From an uncultured Candidatus Berkelbacteria bacterium (GTDB taxonomy: Bacteria; Patescibacteriota; UBA1384; UBA12157): DNA of 64,000 nt. Position numbers and translations under genes: made by a program. The notes beneath the pieces were generated by a model, which did not search any database, had not been told where the DNA came from, and saw nothing but the letters and a program-made list of their open reading frames with translations. The stretch is taken from assembly GCA_903877885.1 (NCBI GenBank), contig CAIRFN010000011.1, positions 9,281 to 73,280 of the forward strand. Direction: 5' to 3'. Shown piece by piece: positions 56,901-59,768 of the stretch. Position 1 is the first letter of the stretch; every line of letters starts with the position of its first letter.

Positions 56901-58350
56901 CGATTTGACTAAATTGACACCACAAACCACTTACAATTTCTTTGTTGTCGCTTACGACGGCGCTGGTAATATTTCTGATAAATCTAATACTTTGCAAGCG
57001 ACCACCTTAACTGGCCTGACTACTGCCACTCAAGCCTATCTGGTGATTGATAATGTGCCAAACCAAGTTGATGCCAACACCGGTTTCAAAGATGGCTTAA
57101 AGGTTTCGGCCACCGATGCTGGTGGCGCGGCCATGGCCACTTACACTGGTAGTGTTTACTTTACTTCAACCGATGCTAAAGCGGAACTTGCTTGGACGCA
57201 AGATCACCAATATACCTTTACCACCACTGACGCTGGTAGCCACACTTTTGCTGGTTCTGATTTCAAATTCAAAACCGCTGGCGATCAAAAACTAACCGTG
57301 ACTGATGGTCAAATCCGCGGCAGTGTTTCGATTAAGGTTCTGGGCACTAGCACTACTGATACGATTCAAAAAGCCCAAGATTCAATTAATAGTTTGTTTG
57401 CCAATATTAATACTCAAGGCTTTAGTCCAGCGGCAACCAATGTCAGCAACGCCGTGATTGTGACTGCCACCGCCGCTTTGGCTGCGCCACTCGTTTTGAA
57501 TGCCACTTTGAGCGTGATTAATATCTGGCCACAATTAATTTATCTCTTGTCGCATTTGTTGCAATTCCTCGGTATTCGCAAACGTCGCAAACCGTGGGGC
57601 ACAGTCTTTAACTCCCAAACCGGTCAACCAATTCCTTATGCGATTGTGAAAATCTTTGATAAAGAATATAACCGTTTATTGGAAACTGCGGTGACAGATA
57701 GTGCCGGCCGCTTTGGCTTCCTAGTTAAAACTGGCAATTACTATGTCACGGTTCAAAAATCTGGCTACATTTTCCCATCAACTTTGAAAGTTAGCAATTT
57801 CTTTGATGAAGTTTACACTGGCGGTAGTTTGAAAATTGATAGTCATGACAAAACCATCACCTTGAATGTACCAATGGATCCAGAAGTCAAAATGAGCTTC
57901 AGCTACAAACTCTTAGTCTTCACCATCAAAGTTAACCGATTCCTCAATACTTTGCGCGTCATTATTTTGACCTTAGGAATTCTCTTTGCTATTGTCTTAC
58001 TCATTATGTCCTTTAATCTTTTCTACCTTTTCTCCTTGGCTTTCTACATTTTGATTGCTATCTTGGAATTCATTCGCTCGCGCCGCTCGCGCCCATATGG
58101 TGTGGTCACCGATACTTACGGCCGACCACTGGAAACTGCTATTGTCCGTATTTACGAAAAGCGTACCAACCGTTTGATTGAAACTGATGTAACCGATTTG
58201 GATGGCCGCTTCAAGTTCTTGGTTAATCCTGGCGTTTACTATATTACCGCCACCAAACCGTCATACACTGATTTCAAATCTCACATTATGTATTTGGAAA
58301 AAGAAAAGACAATGGTGTCAGTGAACATCAAAATGAAGAAGATGGAGTAA
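29935..58350 (+). CDS. Giant surface protein (9471 aa). N-terminal TM anchor, S/T/P linker, FN3/Ig-like, LamG x2, IPT/TIG, NHL beta-propellers, beta-helix-like repeat modules, duplicated Gly-rich module, InlB-B-like repeat array, two C-terminal CarbopepD_reg-like domains around TM helices
   Basis: Single uninterrupted 28,416-nt ORF. TM helix at about aa 63-86 (VHWSLLTGYTVAAVVLMVTLVA). LamG signatures (FTFDFWFKSN...HHVALVRNGSNWQIYVDG...GYMDEIRISKG; MWFKDNGS...WNFVAFTRTSGGSATISLNGG...FKGQIDEVRQYN). NHL blades (NQLYYPRGVTFDSAGNIWIADYYNQRLKKY ... FQNPEGVAVDSAGYIYVSDSTNNRIQKLD). TIG (PTLSSISPNNAAVGTKITIIGTNFGG). C-terminal GTVFNSQTGQPIPYAIVKIFDKEYNRLLETAVTDSAGRFGF and GVVTDTYGRPLETAIVRIYEKRTNRLIETDVTDLDGRFKF, flanking the helices LRVIILTLGILFAIVLLIMSF and LFYLFSLAFYILIAILEFI. 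Confidence 0.9.
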   Translation: MAQGEGSIYPAPTHKRVNELDEKLIQLQKSTRASIPAMVWFHDTLRQKFRWYYAWHMNAWSNAVHWSLLTGYTVAAVVLMVTLVAKGPAHQIFAASKQSWATADDWKNWKLENLAVTADGIRLAQRSVQGISTQRIAQVVESATPIISAPAIPEISATPSASEIASPTVSATASQSASPSATPTATESTLATPTPSTLPTESTTFATTGTATISFDPHDQEIVDWLGSEISDELNGGQIKVEFSTDNILWTEDAKTLANSNSAYLRLTLSTTDITTSPVLKTFAVDFSRLPKTPTDLKVSAETSFLTSGQVLSAGTFTDPDNDIHQASEWQVTNQSGEYTTTLVDSGIDTKNLTTYTVSRKLTDGNYYFRVRYQDSTGAWSPWSAECGFIVAGKSVSVVGDKQIPKDKNEIVTKRTETTKTIDNKNGTKTLESFSGIIHYKTDYTDPKAQWLDINPDHYVDFPDFVLYDQMPSTVKVYKDKIGYEIQSRKTGEKYTVELQNVDGTPAVSTTTGANGLVSWADINNSKAKIEAQNKLIGQFINPVLAQDSTDSSIIDNGNLKFEFQISENGVRLWKTIDGAAAPKNFQWKITKSGSGNDLKFRDNPDAYQIDANGLAQTDQKVTIDAKVIAGDKNSTFTWQETALTSDLKIDTDVTFNPDASPENTSADSYMYQTGPSDWFGMTYNYGSGYDNTAASGHFAGWSSSNNQYDNVYRSIFTFDTSSIPSSVTVNSATFSVYGTGKSDDNSWAPSLNVYSSNPSYPNSLYYYDYYSFGSTAFATPIAYANYNTSGYNDFALNSTGISAVSLGGITKLGLRTTADAESSDPGVVSGSTANAYFDGYFSEQGDGYRPKLAVTYVDAGTCRWTGLGTDTNWSTPENWSDNTVPSSVCNVIFDSTSSKNSNIDTSFVGSTKSIKLDTGYAGELTASTNLTNNGDFILNAGTFTPGSQTINVGGSWTNGGGTFNKGTSTINLTGTNPNTTIQTNSQQFYNLNVAGQIANDSYTKLLIHADGANNSNSFTDESGHAVTANGDAKISTTTSKFGGSSAYFDGSGDSLSIPASSDFNIDSDFTFDFWFKSNSTTRYTSFFSNEGSGGGWTLLMNNANAYAGDIAFYGNGGTPVPLVTSTGGYNDGNFHHVALVRNGSNWQIYVDGTSRASVTNGNNNTAGTTAYIGNNHTFANRDFAGYMDEIRISKGIARWTGNFSVPTITYFSSKYTLSSDVTVSNNTAISGGTLTLGSYNLSTNNLSQTGGILTNTSGAISVAGDFNHTSGTTTNTGTINFTSNNSQAVHSGGANLGNVNFSGNGTWTLDDDASFKDVSLTGGILDSNGRTIHVSGNWAKDLGNFTSTGSIVDLNGATGSTQIISGDTTFHNLTSTTTGTNTRTLEFADGSTQTIDGTVTFTGTVTNYLTLRSVSNTADFHINPRLHSVNYVNVTHSYNDNSGQIIDPIYYISGGNNTNWFSAPTLSSISPNNAAVGTKITIIGTNFGGVQGASTVTIGGTSATVASWSATAVVVTVPSVSTGSQNVVVTTAGGASGSVSLSVIGGTTKNWDTNSELSGLSLSSLGLNTANNTVSVGTTGSSYSYSSTIGTTAGSATNQLYYPRGVTFDSAGNIWIADYYNQRLKKYNSAGVYQSSITGIYATQVAFDSSGNIYASSYSNGLIYKYNSSGTYLSAIGSGYLSSPTGLVIDSANHIFVADYGASQVLEFNTSGTLLATIATNGSTNGKVSYPAGLGLDASGNLYVADGSNNRIEKFDNSGNFMAVFGGYGSGDGQFQNPEGVAVDSAGYIYVSDSTNNRIQKLDSAGNYVSKFGSYGTGNSQFEYPYGVTLDSANNLWVADCNNHKIKVFAPSSVAYAESGSAVASSYDSGSYGTVWNKLSWAYTYLPSGAAITGKIRVADTTAGLTTATWSNSVSNGGAPQISSASPIGRYAQIEYDITSNTAHTDTPIIDSFAVNYTLHAEPVITAIAPTSAAPGTKITLGGFNFSTGDTVKYGTTDVSSSAQFGTNLVTATLPSNATTGQAWSITNSHGTGYSSAYTVTSQKDVTWDTQSDLEGNSNVTYSGTQVQDHETVKIGGGDGFQWSATTNINATNSNIYMNYPLAYTADDSGNIYANVYNGSSYVIQKFAPDGTPVTNWSASSYGLAFDHASGKVFSLNYSGVDKYTTGGSYDSSISFSGAPTGINYPSSFLVDASGNIYVDDYYYDYDSHFYVDKFNSSGVWQARFAYSSGSYEFSSYSYYINGFGVDASGNLSLLASGKVYQYAPTGGMSITNWTPSYNLGSISVTSTGDVIGLDTSNYAIRDYSSTGTLKSSITSFNGGDTFNFNYGEVTQPFISAAGTMFVFDFRNDYSNHFVTFVNPTSGTVTITTNGQSGDATATKTWKTASWAYTAMPTSAVVSARVRTAADNAGAPDTWGDWSSTVSTNGGNIQTSGDFPTGAWAQIEYTLAASSADNSPIVDAFNVSYNLESSGPVAPTVTTSAAGDITSISANLNGDITNTGGENATEAGFDYAVDSSTGHDCTSLGTTAQAKNTSSYGTGVYQITTGSNLTIGTYYCARAYATNSAGTGHGSYVSFKTLGPQISGTYDGASGTVKVAVNGVLDASSVAVSSDWTLNLTTTPTTDQAIVIFVDSPATGENAVTVTKYDGADIANLTLTKGAVTIGQTDPTSQTVVNNTDIGTYTSANDSDVITAISSTDLTVTGNLIISAGDIKYALDGNTTVSGNWTNAGTFDGGQSTVYLTGDAHISGNTTFNNLSATTGDKTISFVGASTQTITGTLTLKGTNNHNLILTGFGSGTQLWSINPTAWDIDYVTVSYSTNQASSPINPSHWTNSGNNTNWVTAAPSGVTLDTPTTTGFTAHWTESIQNGTGYKIYVTYTISNNDCSQATYPGTPTYTINSSATLSKLVTGRNLDTQYCVMVKETSATGDSAPAYSNLLYTLANTPNTPTVSTQSSSAIKVTIDANTNRPTTTYAIKVVNGATTKYLAVNGTLSDTIVWDTFANFGSTSGLNSTGLAPNTTYTYSVAAKNGDNVTTDYSTSAQATTLTTHTITTSVTGANGTISPTPTVTVDHGTSQDITITPSSGYYVGSIIVDSTTHILTDLTTPNPYIYTFSNITADHTIAVTFVANNTKVWDGESDSNWSTAANWTGNTVPTATDAVIFDSTATTASTIDSSFAGTIAALNLNSGYTNTLSATSGLTVTGDVTLAAGTFSPGSQTISVGGNWDSSGGTLTPGSSTIDLTGTGTLKTKNVSSPPYDFYNLKCAHNTKTTTLQNGVRISNFVYLYSGGIVGGNSLYLYKSDGDPVVNTGATINGAILYRPSADITVAGQVTAGDIYYGSVTNNATITLSSNVATIGDIHINSQNTGKLVTLNCGSNSISAVNLYLGVGSPGEYDGKINFGSSASHVISGNIARIAGADSTGNAIDFNTATVAVGGSINFTGITVTPGTSTVNMTATSGTKNITSAGQSFNNFTMNGIGGTFAPLDDLRVAGNFTRTNGTFTPGSNTVYLTGAAGSTQVISGSTTFNNLSATGTSARTITFTAGTTQTVSGTWTATGANGQNLILQSSSTSAWNINPTAWNVNYVTVSYSTNQAASPINPAHWTNSGNNTNWTTDASCIWNGGGADNNWSTAANWNGGNVPTSTCAVVFNSSSVTNSVIDAGFAGTIASLSLNTGYAYTLSATAGLTITGDITLVAGTFAPGSQTINVGGSWTNTGATFTKGTSTINFNGSGYPTITTNNQDFYNVTVAGQGGAESNLAHNWKLDENTGTSTSDSVGSLNGTLTGSVSWISPGKYSNAVSMNGSGQYVHFGNISNTSTETYTMWFKDNGSYQTSSGYIGSTLISQGQTGCQGLGIYIATGNKVRAYDWNGGAHDIITTDTFNVGAWNFVAFTRTSGGSATISLNGGTPVTQSGWSNNFSYCGANFNINRIVNDNNSTFKGQIDEVRQYNTILSPTAISNLYNYNNSVGVGAYSLSSALTATNNLTMTSGSLSAGSNNLTVGNYIQNNGTFSAPASSNSMNVSGNFTNSGGTFTHNSGTVSLTGASSSTQTIAGSTTFNNLTATATAARTISFTNGTTQTVSGTLTLTGGTDSGQAKNITLSRSGASGVWSINPTAWNIDYVTVSNSTNLASSPIAPAHWTDVSGNTNWAPAAPAVTTATTVGTNIFTTTATVNGTITSKNGATITACGFFVGTTQGNAVEKDSTNCDLAVPNAITYNLTGLTANTTYSVRAFTTNSGGTGYGSWQTFATISNTRTWDGGGADNNWSTAANWNGDVALEAGNDVVFNATSTKASYIDASFAGTINSLSVNTGYTNTISAYRSLTATGDITLNAGTLAHADNSIAQTYYLDITAANITINSGGKIDVTGLGFDGGSSGSGGYGNGGGTVSGTYGGGGGFGGNGGNTSAGGGGGAANGSITNPASLGSGGASTTGCSGQAGGSGGGYVKLTVSNTLNLNSGYVYADGNISGTNCAGAGSGGTINISAGTIAGNGAIKAFGGASQGNYGGGGSGGRVAIAYTTSSYSGTISTYGGAGSGSGGVAGGAGTQYTKDNGQSYGNLTINNASTTVGAITTISTALGMPATLNSLIISGATNITQSDNLTVNTDGTFTITTYIQNGTLTANSLTTLTVNSAFYQNAALSMTGLTTVTLAGTLQLTNNTNLGTGASITINSGGNLTHADNSTAQTNYIDISAANITVNSGGKMDVSGLGFDGGGAGLSGYGNGTGTVSGTYGGGGGNGGNGGNTSAGGGGGGANDSITNPASLGSGGAGISACGNRTGGSGGGYVKLTVSGTLNLNSGYIYADGNDAGGNCAGAGSGGTINISAGTVTGNGAIKAFGGAGGGGGNYGGGGGGGRVAITYTTSTYSGTISTYGGAGGNNGGVAGGAGTQYKKDNALSYGDLTIDNSPTAAGAKTPLLATTTSINTLTNQNNANLDLNGKTLEVAKNFTNTATFTSNSGTVSFIDATQTSIISGTNSFYNLSSTINDKAIAFASGAVQTVTGIFTMTGTSGHNIILSRSGGSDPTQWQITPTAWNVDYVTVSNSKNNAASKINPAHFIDGGNTTNWFQIAPSAVTISSITTTGFTVGWTDNSSDETGFGVYIAAGTSDCSTATYSGTPDYTAAANAVSQAVTGKSVNTQYCAKVRALNATSGSAPVYSSPIYTLANVPSAPTLGTPTASLIPVTINANSNPANTTYAIKVVNGGTNYIQTDGTSGASAVWQDLATWGTPKNNTGLTSNTQYTYSVAATNGDGTATDYSSTAQATTLVTYNITASTDANGTISPLGVTSVASGGTQAYTFSGNSGYHISTLLVDGVAQSTLTSPYTFTNVTATHTIAITTVADNTCVWTGLGSGTNSNWSNTLNWSGNAVPTATCDVIFNATSATTSIIDSGFTNSIKSLSINSGYTSTVSVLHDINIGNFSLADGYFAPGSNSVNVIENWSITGGIFTKGNSTINLTNWVQDHTINTNQAFYNLHIGIADQTKVSLLSNITVDHNLSIEHGTLDANGYDIAIGDGGTFADQNGLFTAVTGTVNLAGSATISGDTTFNNLSATTGGKTISFAAGSTQTVTGTLTLTGTSGSTLTLNRSGSSGIWSINPTAWNINYVTVSNSTNLAGSPINPAVWTDSSGNINWSTSAPAGVTMTSLSTTGFTVGWTDNSSNEDGFKVYISTTPNADCSLATYPGTADYTIAANTTTKAVTGKSVNTQYCAKVTTYNGTHESTPVYSSPTYTWANVPSTPTLGTAGSSTIPVTINQNSNPSNTTYAIKVTYSSSTKYVQANGTLGDSAVWQDYATWGGASGFTSTGLTVNVQYTYSVAARNGDNTVTAYSTTAQATTVGSIISGTIYTAANKSTNVGSGKTVGITVNGGTNVTTGTTDANGAFAIPIIATTNDKLGIFLSDAVGEANLFTFAIDSTTNISGLELYTNTIILRSETANPMTNAAIKQISTCSVCSTHIHVTNPTGSKINFDEGYSVLIDANKTYTPGAEIGTVGNLLVKGTLNLEANYLTMTGNFDSTSGTISQSGATVTFSKTSGTQTITTNNQTLGNVVFANGGTRQLVDGMAVAGTFTQSAGALDLSAHNPNWSVAGNMALAGGSVSKGTGALTLNGDLSYLAATGINPGNVAIGASPDTVTLSSDAIYDSLTINSGDKLVTAGYNITVNGDLTIDGELDATTASSRNSTITVFGNYANNGTLDTSTSTFDFAKTSGTQTLNTGGTGSTKVLNNLVHSGTGTLQPVTNHLKVDGYIINANGPFDANSLNINVAGNWSNTNTFTAGNGTVTFDGAGGTTQVVSGSTTFNNLTATTSLARTINFDINSTQTVTGTLTLTGINSHLLTLGRNGGSDNDQWNIIPTAWNVSYVTVSNSYNQAGSAINPTHSVNGGNNQMWFSPTAPSGVTIDTIHSTDVMVHWTINSLEDFGSKVWLSTLANDDCSLATYHGLPDATTSAGVAAELFEGLTANTKYCAKVVTVSAPNGDSAPYFSAPKYTAANIPNDPILGTVTSGTIQVNLNGGTLPKYAIKVVTGATTKYLAINGTLSDTAVFDTYTNFGGASGITSTGLVANTSYTYSVAGQNADGLATDYSTGAAKSTLQTYTISTSVSGSNGTISPTPTATIDSGASQNITITPSSGYYIGQIVVDGTSLTGVLTSPYSFTNITANHTIAVSFTNTNTCVWDGGGTDSNWSTANNWSGNTVPTATCNVIFDGTSSTPSTIDGDFAGTIASITMNSGYSDTLTVDRDLTITGTLVLSAGTFAAGDNTITLTGSGTPFVISGGTFDAGTSTFKYQSVANTNVATTSYHNLEFIGPEQATPSIWISNMMSGLGTNACSYSKMATATGSVSGTYPANAIGPKSIAFDPLNNFVWATCADSVYKLNATTGAIIGSFNTGSPQGIAIDASGNVWVDNNFPTKFFELNGQTGEIMASHQFGNGNDGSTSAMVADSTGHIWMARHITGLSAVITKINVSDASIAGEYQTNIDSGVSDMAVDASGNIWIANVENSSVTKMNGSTGVVIGTYAAGSQPYGISADLTGHIWVANYVSSLKEIDSSNGSILHDYPIQSYAMGLSLDASGNIWVGDQNYGGGTGVQKVRASDGTVLGTYSASYNYRTSVLGDATGFKYLNFVLGDGTMPKYTLGAGTLNVNNLTIGDTTTPSFVTAATHNPTINISGDLDLKANGTLTASGTHTLSLAGNWTNAGTFNANGGTVNLTDNSTISGSSTFNNLSATTGGKTISFAAGSTQTVLGTWTATGNSDSNITLARSGSSGIWSINPTAWNVDYATVSNSTNLASSPINPPHWTNSGNNTNWLTPAATGASITNLTSTGFDVTWTDNSSSEDGYKVYIAAGASDCSTASYSGTADYTVAANTTTKSVTGKSVNSQYCAKVTTYNGSYESTPVYTNSAYTLANVPSAPTAAAQSSTSVKVTINQNSNPSNTTYAVKVVYGATTKYLHTDGTLSDSITWETYANFGGANGITNTGLTTNTQYTYSVAAKNGDGTATDYSSTANATTSSTYAISASVSGGHGTVSPTSANKEAGASQDITITPDSGYYIASIADNGSSLTGTLSSPYSLTNISAAHTIVVTFVANGTCIWDGGGSDNNWTTANNWTGNAAPDANCDVIFNATSTKDSTINTTTHFKSVSFNSGYSGTITDSSTFNVDGNLNLASGTFNAGSQAINIGGNWNNTGATFNPGSSTVTFTSTSSGNTIKSSNQHFNNFVLWGNGGDWTAQDNISVDGNWSRFDGTFIPSDYTVNLTGATGSTQILTNDTTFNNLTATATGARTIQFAGGYTQIVLGTWTVTGSDSGNITLELKSGDGDYWRITPTAWNVNYVTVSNSINNASSPINPAVWTNGGGNTNWAIGQPTGVTLATPTTTGFTANWSESIQNGNGYKVYVSTTANSDCSAATYPGTASYTINSASTLTKDVTGKSVNTQYCVAVKETSATGDSALAYSNPLYTLANTPGQPTVNVLGSNSINVKIDQNSNSANTTYAIKVVNGSTTKYLQTDGTLSNSAEWASYADFGGADGLTNTGLTINNLYTYSIAAKNGDGEATDYSTTADGSTLSTHTITASVSGGHGTISPAGVTALDNDANQDYTITPADGYYIAQIIVDGISISGTLSSPYSFTNVEGDHTIVATFAANGTCVWDGGAAGDARWSSADNWTGNVAPSTSCDAIFNATSTKNSSLDSSFEPGHVNSLSINTGYTGTLTLDDVLNDDTNLTIASGTIDATNQVINLGGNWTKTGGTFTAGGGTINLIAGEGTTQIISGSTTFRNLTATTSVARTISFAAGSTQTVTGNLTLTGTTDVALTLARNGSSGVWSINPTAWDIDYVTVSNSTNLASAQINPPHWTNVSNNTNWETSYSAPTVTTNNPVTSDQTKTTATISGNITATGNKSMTACGLEYGTDEANPTNAAPSTDCNATTPTSIIANLTNLTADTTYYVRAYAANSIGTNYGEWVSFATLPNTYTITASAGAHGTISPSGEVSANNASNKTFIITPATNYHISSILFDDESQTITTATGMDFAVNNITTNHTLSVSFAINTNTVTASAGANGTISPLGATAVNYGATQAYTITPNTNFHIASVLVDGQSVGVVTSYTFTNVITSHTISATFTVDTHNIVASAGSHGAISPTGTTAVNYGGDQAYTILPSDNYHIADVLVDSVSVGAVSDYAFSNVVTSHTISATFVANPGFEHTITATISGHGTISPAGSVLVSDSNSQVFTINPSTGYSIDSILVDNVAVTPATTYTFSNVTTDHTIAVTIATTTYTITASAGTGGSISPSGAVVVDYDSDKTFTITPKTGYHIDNVKVNNKSQGAISTYTFSSITDDQEIEATFALDPTSIVNPTNLTGIAGDSQNSLSWTNPITTYFDHVDLYRSTTAGTLGDKLAGNQTGTTYIDRNLTNNTTYYYTLKAIDTYNNVSTGTEQLALMPSSIADIIAPNAPTNLRATNIKSTTISLVWDASTDNVAVVGYKLFNADTNIQIATTSQTDYDLTKLTPQTTYNFFVVAYDGAGNISDKSNTLQATTLTGLTTATQAYLVIDNVPNQVDANTGFKDGLKVSATDAGGAAMATYTGSVYFTSTDAKAELAWTQDHQYTFTTTDAGSHTFAGSDFKFKTAGDQKLTVTDGQIRGSVSIKVLGTSTTDTIQKAQDSINSLFANINTQGFSPAATNVSNAVIVTATAALAAPLVLNATLSVINIWPQLIYLLSHLLQFLGIRKRRKPWGTVFNSQTGQPIPYAIVKIFDKEYNRLLETAVTDSAGRFGFLVKTGNYYVTVQKSGYIFPSTLKVSNFFDEVYTGGSLKIDSHDKTITLNVPMDPEVKMSFSYKLLVFTIKVNRFLNTLRVIILTLGILFAIVLLIMSFNLFYLFSLAFYILIAILEFIRSRRSRPYGVVTDTYGRPLETAIVRIYEKRTNRLIETDVTDLDGRFKFLVNPGVYYITATKPSYTDFKSHIMYLEKEKTMVSVNIKMKKME
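42932..44645 (+). repeat. Tandem duplication (two units of about 1 kb, about 0.7 kb each well conserved) inside the giant gene, encoding a glycine-rich module
   Basis: Unit 1 about 42932-43620 and unit 2 about 43951-44645 encode near-identical segments (LAHADNSIAQTYYLDITAANITINSGGKIDVTGLGFDGG...GGSGGGYVKLTVSNTLNLNSGYVYADGN...AGSGGTINISAGTIAGNGAIKAFGG versus LTHADNSTAQTNYIDISAANITVNSGGKMDVSGLGFDGG...GGSGGGYVKLTVSGTLNLNSGYIYADGN...). Confidence 0.7.
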
Positions 58351-58354
58351 GAAT

Positions 58355-58420
58355 TTGTCATTCTCGACTTGAATGGGATTTAAGATCAAGAATCCAGTCA
58401 TATTTACTATTAGTCATTGC
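58355..58420. repeat. MITE-like palindromic element, copy C (inverted and degenerate), 5 nt after the giant-gene stop
   Basis: AATTTGTCATTCTCGA is identical over 16 nt to the reverse complement of the copy-A terminus. The internal GAATCCAGT block is shared. Confidence 0.45.
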
Positions 58421-58508
58421 GCCTTTAGATAAAGCGGCGTCAGCTGTGTCAATCTATGATTCGGAATACTGAATCTCCGCGATTGCGAAGTAATCTATCA
58501 TGTATCCT

Positions 58509-58544
58509 AAAAAAAGACCTGGGAAATTCCGCAGGTCTTTTTTG
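58509..58544. terminator. Bidirectional rho-independent terminator between the convergent giant gene and the L,D-transpeptidase gene
   Basis: AAAAAA-AGACCTG-ggaaattccg-CAGGTCT-TTTTTT at 58509-58544. Confidence 0.65.
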
Positions 58545-58563
58545 CTATCTACTATCTACTTTT

Positions 58564-59619
58564 TCACTTGTGGACCCAAACCGGAGTGCCAATTGAATCC
58601 CAATCATAAATCCATTTAGCATCGTCATTGGAAGCGTTCAAGCAACCGTGGCTCATCGGATGACCAAAATTATGATGCCAATAAGTGCCGTGAATCGAGT
58701 AATCACCATGCCACCAGCTAACCCATTGAACACCTTTCAAATCATAGCTGTCACCCTTCATTTCGGCGACACTATTTTTACCATAAACATAGTAAACTCC
58801 AAGGATAGTTGGATGTTTGGCAATGCCCGAAGAAATCAAAAATTGTTTAACCAATTTTTCGTTTTCGTAAGCGTATAAGGTTTGCTCTGACAAATTTACT
58901 TCAATTCTTTTACCATAAAAATATTGGCCTGGGACAAATGTTTTACTAACTTTTTGGGTGCCTCGAGGTATAATAATAGCTAAAATGGCGATTGTGCCGC
59001 CAACTTTGCCTTTATCAAATTGATTTTTCAAATCTGTTAGTAATTTATCTTTATCTAAAGTTTGGCCGTCTTTACCTTCATCAACAACCGTGCCATCTTC
59101 TTCTAAAACCTTTCGATCAACCTTATCGACGTTGACAATTGGAATAATCGAATCGACAAATTTAGTCATTTTAGTTTCATCAATTTTAGTCGTAAGCAAA
59201 ACATTGTGCCCGACAATAGCTAAATGAATATTTTCATCAATTTTAGTGAAAAAGTTGCCTTGACGACCATAATTATAGGCTTCGTCTAGGGTTTTTTGTT
59301 CGTCAAAAGTAATGCCTAAATCCGAAAGTTTTGGCTTAAATTTAGTTTCTTTGTAAACTAATTGCGGTCCGGTTTTATTAACATTACTAATATAATCGTC
59401 AACAATGATTTTGGCTTCCGCTTTGGTTTTGCCGCCAACCCGAATGCCAGAGATAGTGGTATTTGGCAGAATTTTTTGGTCGTAAAATTTACTAATATCA
59501 AAAATGCCAACCGCTACCACACCAAGAAAGAGAACTAATATAAAAAGTTTTAAAGCAAAGTGACGCGCTTCTTTATGATGTTTTCGAATATAATGAATTT
59601 TTACTTCAGATGATTCCAT
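58564..59619 (-). CDS. L,D-transpeptidase (YkuD domain), membrane-anchored
   Basis: N-terminal TM (FALKLFILVLFLGVVAVGIF). C-terminal catalytic signature SIHGTYWHHNFGHPMSHGCLNASNDD (His...SHGC). Confidence 0.75.
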   Translation of the reverse strand: MESSEVKIHYIRKHHKEARHFALKLFILVLFLGVVAVGIFDISKFYDQKILPNTTISGIRVGGKTKAEAKIIVDDYISNVNKTGPQLVYKETKFKPKLSDLGITFDEQKTLDEAYNYGRQGNFFTKIDENIHLAIVGHNVLLTTKIDETKMTKFVDSIIPIVNVDKVDRKVLEEDGTVVDEGKDGQTLDKDKLLTDLKNQFDKGKVGGTIAILAIIIPRGTQKVSKTFVPGQYFYGKRIEVNLSEQTLYAYENEKLVKQFLISSGIAKHPTILGVYYVYGKNSVAEMKGDSYDLKGVQWVSWWHGDYSIHGTYWHHNFGHPMSHGCLNASNDDAKWIYDWDSIGTPVWVHK

Positions 59620-59768
59620 TTATTTAATTATACAATTAAACCACAAAATTTGCTTGTTTTTACCCGTTAATTCTGGTAAAATTTAGTTATAGATTAGTAT
59701 TTTAATAACGCTTGCAGTATAATGAACTAGTAAATAGTATAAATATTTAACTATATAAAGGTTCAATT

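Noticed and set aside
30188-56997. Dozens of 60-140-aa ORFs on the minus strand and in other plus frames inside the giant gene (for example 43291..43593, 44167..44598, 56629..56997)
   Set aside because: They all lie inside a continuous, domain-rich 28-kb ORF. They arise from compositional bias and repeats of the coding strand and have no RBS or motifs. Treated as spurious antisense or out-of-frame ORFs.
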